Shown here piece by piece: positions 46,416 to 52,733 of a stretch of DNA of 52,733 bases. How positions within the stretch are numbered: position 1 is the first letter of the stretch; the number at the start of each line of letters is the position of its first letter. The DNA is taken from positions 1-52,733 of the forward strand of contig JBAWXN010000002.1 in the NCBI GenBank assembly GCA_037144045.1, written 5' to 3'. The stretch comes from a bacterium. GTDB taxonomy: Bacteria; Patescibacteriota; Minisyncoccia; Phycocordibacterales; UBA1006. Under the pieces are notes generated by a model. It was not told the DNA's origin, searched no databases, and was given only the letters and a program-made list of their open reading frames with translations. Position numbers and translations under genes: made by a program.

Positions 46416-47687
46416 TTATGACACAAAACCAAGAGAAGGAATACTGAATTGTTTTGCGAATCTTTTTACAGTACCCACAGTTTTCATAGTATTCGATCCC
46501 CGGGGAATACTTGAACCGATCCATACTAATGGTATGCCGTATTTATTCTGAAGCTTATCAAGTGACTCATAGATAGTATCAGTGACTGTTGATTTTTCAG
46601 ATTCATTAAAAAGGTTCAGTGATGTTTCCCTATATGAACTTAGTTGTGAAACCGTAACCCCTGTAGCGCGATACATTACCCCTTTCTGGAAAAGAGTATT
46701 AAATCGTAATCGAATAATACGCATCATTTCCCTAGGAGTAGCAGCTGCATAAGGAAGTTCAAAGTCTACCATTTCATAGGTAAATTGCTGAGTCTTAAGG
46801 AATATCGACACTTTCTTGGCGAATGTCCCCCGCGAGCGAAGTGTCTTACACACGTGTTCAACGTTTCGCACTAATTCAGCAAACACATACGACTCATCCT
46901 GTGAAGGTTTACTAAATGTTCGGGTTCGACTGGTTGACTGATACTCTCTACGACTCCCGTCATGAAGTGAAAATATTTTAACCCCTTGCAGTTCTTGATG
47001 TATTTCCTGGCACGGTTTCGAGAAGAAACTTCGCACCCAACTATCTTCTTTAACGGTAAACTGAAATGCTGTAGCGATGCCCCACTTACGTAAAATAATT
47101 GCCGTGCGTCGGCCTATTCCCCAAACATCCTCAATGGCAACTTGATTTAAAAACGCGTCTATTTCATTCCCTGGAACCACAGTAAGCCCTGAAGGTTTTT
47201 TAAATCCTGAAGCGATTTTTGCGAGTGTTTTAGTAATGGAAACTCCTACGGAAAAAGTAATCCCGAGTTCTGATTCTAAATCACGCTTCATTCGTTCAGC
47301 AATTTCTGTGTAATTCATATGCAGTTCATGGGCTAATTCTGTAATATCAACAAAACACTCATCAATACTGTAAGCTTCTACTTTTTTAGTATAGCGTTTA
47401 AGGATTGCAATCATGCGCTGTGAGTAAGCCTCATACACCTGGAAATCGGAACTAATCGCTACTAACCCAGGACAAAGCTTTCTTGCGTCAGAGAGTTTCA
47501 TAGCTCGGGTAATTCCTCGTTTTTTCGCTTCTTGTGACATTGCCGACACAATACCCTTTTCGAGTCCTGTTATTACCGGCAACCCTTTCAGATCGGGACG
47601 ACTTGCGAGTTCACATGCTACGAAAAATGAATCACCATCCACGTGTAAAAACGCCCGAGGAAACGGTTCGTAAATTTTTGTTTTCAT
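46416..47687 (-). CDS. dinB: Y-family translesion DNA polymerase (DinB/UmuC)
   Basis: LHVDGDSFF, SIDECFVD, TKTLAKIAS..KKPSG, DVWGIG. Confidence 0.93.
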   Translation of the reverse strand: MKTKIYEPFPRAFLHVDGDSFFVACELASRPDLKGLPVITGLEKGIVSAMSQEAKKRGITRAMKLSDARKLCPGLVAISSDFQVYEAYSQRMIAILKRYTKKVEAYSIDECFVDITELAHELHMNYTEIAERMKRDLESELGITFSVGVSITKTLAKIASGFKKPSGLTVVPGNEIDAFLNQVAIEDVWGIGRRTAIILRKWGIATAFQFTVKEDSWVRSFFSKPCQEIHQELQGVKIFSLHDGSRREYQSTSRTRTFSKPSQDESYVFAELVRNVEHVCKTLRSRGTFAKKVSIFLKTQQFTYEMVDFELPYAAATPREMMRIIRLRFNTLFQKGVMYRATGVTVSQLSSYRETSLNLFNESEKSTVTDTIYESLDKLQNKYGIPLVWIGSSIPRGSNTMKTVGTVKRFAKQFSIPSLGFVS

Positions 47688-47713
47688 ATAATTTTAATTA
47701 ATTACGTAAATGA

Positions 47714-48280
47714 TTAATACTTCCTCACTACCCCTTTTACTACCGCTGCAATTTTTAGTTCTTCTGTTGGGTAAATATTTTTAAAATCTTTGTTTGCAGG
47801 TTCCAAATACATTTTTCCGTTTTTCTTGCGTAAGTATTTCATGGTCCAACCTCCATCTACTTCCGCAATCACAATATCACCTTCACGGGCATTTTGAGTT
47901 CGTTCTGCAATAACCAAGTCACCTTCACATATTCCTGCCTCAATCATTGAATCACCTTTCACTTCGAGAATGTAGGTTGATTCTTTTTTCTCGATAAGAT
48001 AGTCATCGATACTCATGGTGTCTGAACTTGTTTCTTCTGCAGTCGTCGGAAATCCCGCCTCAACAAGTCCGAGTACAGGCACTTCATCAAACATACGTGT
48101 TGGTATGAGTTTACCTGCTGAATCCTTATCGACGATTCCTTCATCAATCATTTTATCAATGAGTTTGGCCACTGCGTTTTTAGACTTGAATCCAACCAAT
48201 TCCATAATTTCGGTATACGAGGGCATTCGTTTATGGTTTTGATAAAACCCCATTATTTTTTCTTTATAAGAGTGAAACAT
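47714..48280 (-). CDS. lexA: LexA repressor (wHTH + S24 peptidase)
   Basis: PSY.EI...VGFKS, EAGFP cleavage site, GDSM (Ser), TMK (Lys). Confidence 0.85.
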   Translation of the reverse strand: MFHSYKEKIMGFYQNHKRMPSYTEIMELVGFKSKNAVAKLIDKMIDEGIVDKDSAGKLIPTRMFDEVPVLGLVEAGFPTTAEETSSDTMSIDDYLIEKKESTYILEVKGDSMIEAGICEGDLVIAERTQNAREGDIVIAEVDGGWTMKYLRKKNGKMYLEPANKDFKNIYPTEELKIAAVVKGVVRKY

Positions 48281-48289
48281 AGTAGTATC

Positions 48290-48493
48290 TTATGCGAATG
48301 AAAATGATCGTGCAACTCGCAACCCTGGAGTACGCACCGTTCGTCGACTCAAGACATCCAGGTGAGCCACGAGAAACTTATGACGTTTTGCTTCTTTTTT
48401 GTACGATTTACCACGAATAATTTTCATATCAATTTTTTCATTGATAATCTTTATTTCGTGTAGCAATTCGTGAATTGTTTTTTCTTTACTCAT
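48290..48493 (-). CDS. Small hypothetical protein, first gene of the lexA-dinB operon
   Basis: MSKEKTIHELL...; start refined because the promoter lies at 48537-48565. Confidence 0.65.
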   Translation of the reverse strand: MSKEKTIHELLHEIKIINEKIDMKIIRGKSYKKEAKRHKFLVAHLDVLSRRTVRTPGLRVARSFSFA

Positions 48494-48536
48494 ATAAATA
48501 TAATGTGATTTAAAACGGCCTCTTAATAACAAACAC

Positions 48537-48565
48537 AGTATAGGTGAACGTTCGTTCACTGTCAA
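48537..48565 (-). promoter_or_regulatory. Sigma70 promoter with an SOS box in the spacer
   Basis: Minus strand TTGACA (48565-48560), 17 nt, TATACT (48542-48537). GTGAAC-GTTC-GTTCAC at 48544-48559 matches GAAC-N4-GTTC. Confidence 0.85.
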
Positions 48566-48639
48566 AGGATTTCGAGAATTTTCTTGTGGATAACTAAAAA
48601 ATCCCCGAATAACACAGGGATTTAGTAACTATTATTTAA

Positions 48640-49518
48640 TTAGCGCGCGAGGTACTTGAGTAAACTTTTTTGAATGACTTTGCTAAACCTTAGTTTAATA
48701 AGGGCACTATCTTTTATCTGACGCACTCGTTCCCTAGATAAGCCTCCAATCAAATACCCTATTTCTTCTAAAGTCATTGGATCGTGCCCTGAACCAATAC
48801 CAAAATAAAGTCGGAGTATTTGCTGCTCTCTTAACGTAAGAGTATTTAATATCCTATCAAGATCACTTTTTAGAGACACTTGTTCAAAAAGTTCAGTATC
48901 AAGCCATGGAGCATGCGGCTCAAGAAGTCGGTTAACGTATGCTTCGCCTTCTGATTTATCAAGAGGTGCATCCAAGCTTACTGTTCCAATAACCATGTCG
49001 CGTGTACTAATCACTTCATCCAAAGAAATATTCATAATTTCTGAAAGTTCGTCGTCGGTGGGCTCACGTTCATACTCCGATAAAAAGTCGTTTTCCGCTT
49101 TGTATACTTTATAAAGCAGGGTAACTTTATTTTGAGGAATACGAATATGTCTTGAATTATCTGCGAGGGCCTTTATAATACTTTGCCTTATCCACCATAC
49201 CGCATACGAAATAAATTTAAATCCACGCGTTTCATCAAATTTCCAAGCAGCCTTCAGTAATCCCAGATTACCTTCATTGATAAGATCAATAAGTGGTAAC
49301 CCGTAATTTTGATACTGTTTTGCAACTGATACTACAAAACGTAAATTTGCTCCTATTAGTTTTTCAAGAGCTTGGACATCGCCCTTACGAATAAGAATCG
49401 CAAGTTCTACTTCTTGCTCTGGAGTGATCAAATCTACACTAGAGATATCTTTTAAATACTGATCGAGTACATCACCTTCCCGTGAAGTAATTGATTTTTT
49501 AATTTTGAGCTGCCGCAT
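48640..49518 (-). CDS. RNA polymerase sigma factor, RpoD/SigA-like (regions 1.2-4)
   Basis: NLRFVVSVAKQY, DLINEGNLGL, FDETRGFKFISYAVWWIRQ, TLEEIG...SRERVRQI. Confidence 0.95.
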   Translation of the reverse strand: MRQLKIKKSITSREGDVLDQYLKDISSVDLITPEQEVELAILIRKGDVQALEKLIGANLRFVVSVAKQYQNYGLPLIDLINEGNLGLLKAAWKFDETRGFKFISYAVWWIRQSIIKALADNSRHIRIPQNKVTLLYKVYKAENDFLSEYEREPTDDELSEIMNISLDEVISTRDMVIGTVSLDAPLDKSEGEAYVNRLLEPHAPWLDTELFEQVSLKSDLDRILNTLTLREQQILRLYFGIGSGHDPMTLEEIGYLIGGLSRERVRQIKDSALIKLRFSKVIQKSLLKYLAR

Positions 49519-49622
49519 GGGTTCATAGGTTTTTTTGATAGTAACTCATACTATTTAATTTGTCAAAAATAAAACCCGCTGATGGTATCAGCGGGTTCAC
49601 TTATTAAATTAACTATAAAGAA

Positions 49623-50825
49623 TTATGCAACTACTGCTTCACCGTGCTCAACCAAAATATTTGCAACGCGATCGCGCACTTGTTCTGCAAAGTCGGTTGT
49701 GGAAAGCGTTGTTGCAAAATGCATATCACCAGTTCCAATACCTTCTTTATACAAGCTCGCTATAGCATTACGAATTGCATTTGCTTCGGTTTCACAATCT
49801 GCATGATCAAGCATCATCGCAAACGCAAGAAGGAACGCGGTAGGGTTGGCAATATTTTTACCCGCAATATCGTCTGCAGTACCACCAATAGCCTCAAACA
49901 TAGCATGCGTATCGCCAACATTCGCACCGGCTGCAGTAGGAACACCTCCTACCTGAGCTGCTGCAGCATCTGACAAATAATCACCATTAAGGTTCATAGT
50001 AACAATAACCTCGAACCGTTTTGGATTACGCAATATTTGTTGAAACGCATCATCGGCAATAATCGTATCCACATAAACCAGCGACTCACGTTCTTCTTCT
50101 GAAAAACGAGATTCCTCGCCTTTAAAGTAAACACGCTTACCATAGGTATCACGTATGTAGTCCAAGCACCATTGCTTGAAAGAACCCTCCGTGTATTTCA
50201 TGATATTACCTTTATGTACAATGCACACTTTCTTGCGATTGTGAGCAAGCGCATATTCCATAGCACTACCAATTATTTTTTTGGTTGTTTCTAAAGAAAT
50301 GAATTTAATACCGGCACCAACTAGGTCTGTTTTAAAATGATCTGGTAATTTTTTTCGCCAGTTATCAGAAACAAATTCTATCAAGTCGGCCACCTCTTGT
50401 GAACCCGGCTCTGCTTCAATACCCATATATACGTCTTCTGTGTTTTCACGGAAGATTACCACATTTAAATCCTGAGGGTTTTTCACAGGAGTTTGTACTC
50501 CTTCGAAGTAAGTAATGGGGCGAATATTCGCAAACAATTTTAAAGCTGAGCGCAGTGCAACGTTTGCAGATTGAGGACCTGTACCTTCTTGGGTTCTCGT
50601 AGGTCCTTTCATACTAATCGTGTAATTTTTAAACAAATCAATAGTTGCTTCGCTCAATGGCCCTTGTTCACCACCGGGCATTTTTTTTCGAAACTGCATT
50701 ACCACCTCAACAGTTAAATCAATAGTTGAAATTCCTTTTTCGACAATGCGCAGTGCGCGAGCAAAATCTTCACCAATACCTTCACCAATTAAGTGGAGGT
50801 ATTTGAGTACTTTTTTCTTTTTCAT
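49623..50825 (-). CDS. icd: Isocitrate dehydrogenase (type I)
   Basis: KGP, SANVALR, IFRENTEDVY, VHKGNIMKYTEG.F, NLNGDYLSD. Confidence 0.85.
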   Translation of the reverse strand: MKKKKVLKYLHLIGEGIGEDFARALRIVEKGISTIDLTVEVVMQFRKKMPGGEQGPLSEATIDLFKNYTISMKGPTRTQEGTGPQSANVALRSALKLFANIRPITYFEGVQTPVKNPQDLNVVIFRENTEDVYMGIEAEPGSQEVADLIEFVSDNWRKKLPDHFKTDLVGAGIKFISLETTKKIIGSAMEYALAHNRKKVCIVHKGNIMKYTEGSFKQWCLDYIRDTYGKRVYFKGEESRFSEEERESLVYVDTIIADDAFQQILRNPKRFEVIVTMNLNGDYLSDAAAAQVGGVPTAAGANVGDTHAMFEAIGGTADDIAGKNIANPTAFLLAFAMMLDHADCETEANAIRNAIASLYKEGIGTGDMHFATTLSTTDFAEQVRDRVANILVEHGEAVVA

Positions 50826-50921
50826 GTTATAAATTTTATTTATTATAAATAATTTAAATTAAAAGTCAAGTAACCGAACCCGCTTGACTCGACTTCGTGT
50901 TAAGTATACACTAAATAGTCT

Positions 50922-51581
50922 ATGAAACACACTAAATCAGCTCGTACTTATATTGGTTATAGTATTGCTACCCTCTTATCACTAAGCCTTATTATTGCGT
51001 CACTTAACGGTTGGGCTTCCCTGTCATTAATCGAAACCCTTGCCTTTATTACTGGAGGTATCACGGTGTGGCTAGTAGTTAAAGAAAACATATGGAACTG
51101 GCCCATTGGTATCGCAAATTCAGCATTCTTCGTAGTCCTCTTCCTTGAAGCAAAACTCTACGCGGATATGGCACTCCAGGTCGTATATATCATCCTTGGA
51201 TTTTTGGGATGGTACTGGTGGTTATTTGGGGGCAAGAACAAAGCCAAGCTTACTATTGAAAAAATCCCGATTAAAACTGCAATCGTTCTAGGAGTAATCG
51301 GGATCCTGGGAACGATTGGTGCAACGTATTACTTACAAAGTATTGGTGATAGTGCCCCATTCCTTGATGGGCTTACCACCATACTCAGTCTTATTGCCCA
51401 ATATTTACTCACTAAAAAATACCTCGAGAACTGGTATGTGTGGATCACTGCTGATGTTATCTATATTGGACTATATGCAAGTAAGGGACTGTATCTCACT
51501 TCGATTCTGTATATAGTATTCCTCGTAATGTGTATTATCGGACTTAATGAATGGCGTGCTACACGCAAAACCTATGTTTAA
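50922..51581 (+). CDS. pnuC: Nicotinamide riboside transporter PnuC
   Basis: NIWNWPIG, LYAD..LQ, PFLDG.TT..S..AQ.L...KY.ENW..W...D. Confidence 0.95.
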   Translation: MKHTKSARTYIGYSIATLLSLSLIIASLNGWASLSLIETLAFITGGITVWLVVKENIWNWPIGIANSAFFVVLFLEAKLYADMALQVVYIILGFLGWYWWLFGGKNKAKLTIEKIPIKTAIVLGVIGILGTIGATYYLQSIGDSAPFLDGLTTILSLIAQYLLTKKYLENWYVWITADVIYIGLYASKGLYLTSILYIVFLVMCIIGLNEWRATRKTYV

Positions 51582-52539
51582 TCATGGACTCGTAGTTGGA
51601 AAATTTTATCCACCCCACCTTGGGCACAGCTTCCTTATTGAAACTGCCCTGAAACATTGCACGAAAGTTTCAGTAATTCTGTGCTGGAAAAAAAGTGAGA
51701 CGATTCCAGGAATGCTTCGTGCTCAGTGGCTCAAAAAAATACATCCCGCGATTGACTTAAAAGTGGTTGAAGATATTCATTTACGCGATGACGACTCAGA
51801 AGGATGGGCAGCATTCACCAAAGGAATCCTAGGAACGAATCCTGATGCGGTTTTCACATCAGAATCATATGGTGATCCTTACGCATCATTCCTAGGATGT
51901 ATACATATACTTGTAGATAAGGAACGAGCATCTATCCCTATTTCCGCAACTATGGTTCGTAAAAACCCTATCACCTATGGAAAATATTTACATCCAATTG
52001 TTCGAGCGCATTTTGCCCGCAAGGTATGCATTGTAGGCGCAGAGTCAACAGGAACGACTACATTATCAAAAGCACTTGCGGAACATTACAAAACAGTTTG
52101 GGTTCCTGAATACGGACGTATCTATTCCGAAGCAAAATTTTCAAGCACTAACGGAACTGAATGGACGAGTGCAGAATTTACCGCTATTGCTCAAGAACAA
52201 GTTCGTATGGAACGATTACTTGCCGAACAATCAAACGGACTCGTCATTTGCGATACCGATCCGTTTGCAACGAGTATTTGGCATGAACGATACATGCATG
52301 CACCATCACCGGATGTTGAAGCGATCGCCAATCAAAATAATTACGACTTATACATTGTAACTGGTGATGAAATTCCTTTTGTACAAGACGGTTACCGGGA
52401 TGGTGAATCTATCCGTCATTGGATGCACAATCGATTTATTGAAAAACTCGAACAGACACATCGTGACTACATTCTTGTTACCGGAAGTCACGAAGACCGT
52501 ATGACTGCCGCAACCAAAGCAATTGATGCATTGCTATAA
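51574..52539 (+). CDS. nadR: NadR-like NMN adenylyltransferase / ribosylnicotinamide kinase
   Basis: GKFYPPHLGH, ISAT.VR, GAESTGTTT, VPEYGR, CDTD; start overlaps the pnuC stop. Confidence 0.9.
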   Translation: MFNHGLVVGKFYPPHLGHSFLIETALKHCTKVSVILCWKKSETIPGMLRAQWLKKIHPAIDLKVVEDIHLRDDDSEGWAAFTKGILGTNPDAVFTSESYGDPYASFLGCIHILVDKERASIPISATMVRKNPITYGKYLHPIVRAHFARKVCIVGAESTGTTTLSKALAEHYKTVWVPEYGRIYSEAKFSSTNGTEWTSAEFTAIAQEQVRMERLLAEQSNGLVICDTDPFATSIWHERYMHAPSPDVEAIANQNNYDLYIVTGDEIPFVQDGYRDGESIRHWMHNRFIEKLEQTHRDYILVTGSHEDRMTAATKAIDALL

Positions 52540-52544
52540 AAAAA

Positions 52545-52578
52545 TAAACCACCCTTATTTCAGGGTGGTTTTGTTTTT
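52545..52578. terminator. Bidirectional intrinsic terminator
   Basis: AAACCACCC/GGGTGGTTT stem flanked by A and T runs between convergent genes. Confidence 0.7.
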
Positions 52579-52732
52579 ATGAATCAAACTTTTCAATAAT
52601 CGCTTTTGCTTGCTCTATGGAACGATTTAAATTTTCTTTAGCTTGTTTTTCATAGCGGCTACGAAAATAGTCTGTAAAATAGATGTGCGAGCGGTGCATG
52701 AATGTTTGCAAAATATTAAGTCTCCGCGGATA
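52577..52732 (-). CDS. C-terminus of an HD-superfamily-like protein (runs off the window edge)
   Basis: Manual translation YPRRLNILQTFMHRSHIYFTDYFRSRYEKQAKENLNRSIEQAKAIIEKFDS*, resembling the tail of predicted HD phosphohydrolases. Confidence 0.55.
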   Translation of the reverse strand, partial: YPRRLNILQTFMHRSHIYFTDYFRSRYEKQAKENLNRSIEQAKAIIEKFDS

Positions 52733-52733
52733 A

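Noticed and set aside
50826-50921. NAD/pnuC riboswitch upstream of pnuC
   Set aside because: The promoter (TTGACT-17-TACACT, 50884-50912) ends 9 nt before the ATG, leaving no room for an aptamer.

Overview
This looks like a chromosomal segment of a small-genome bacterium, most likely Patescibacteria/CPR (Parcubacteria-like). That assignment is inferred from the gene content, the short Rel protein and the DGR layout. The left third is an accessory zone anchored at a tRNA-Asn(GTT) gene (4457-4528). A large serine recombinase (LSR) reads antisense into the tRNA 3' end. It is followed by a satellite-like module (helicase/primase-like ATPase, TerS-like protein), a GNAT/MFS cluster and a complete diversity-generating retroelement (target with VR, TR, Avd, RT; 11 VR/TR mismatches, all at TR adenines). 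The most striking signal lies between 19.3 and 22.0 kb, where six related sites plus one partial site separate single, integrase-free genes. They share a (G)GAGC core with the tRNA/LSR junction and a left arm (T/G)(T/C)CGAAC-N10-GTTCG. Three of them also have a right arm that resembles the 3' end of the LSR gene. On the minus strand the left arms read as in-frame alternative C-terminal tails for the recombinase (L-R-T-W-x-x-V-R-x-x-I-I-x-E). This suggests an integron-like gene-cassette array driven by a tRNA-anchored serine recombinase. The rest of the window is mostly housekeeping and stress genes: Msr/thioredoxin cluster, surface proteins, ligase, engB, rel, psd, apt, a lexA-dinB SOS cassette, a sigma factor, icd and pnuC-nadR. 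All family assignments come from motif recognition by eye; no database searches were run.
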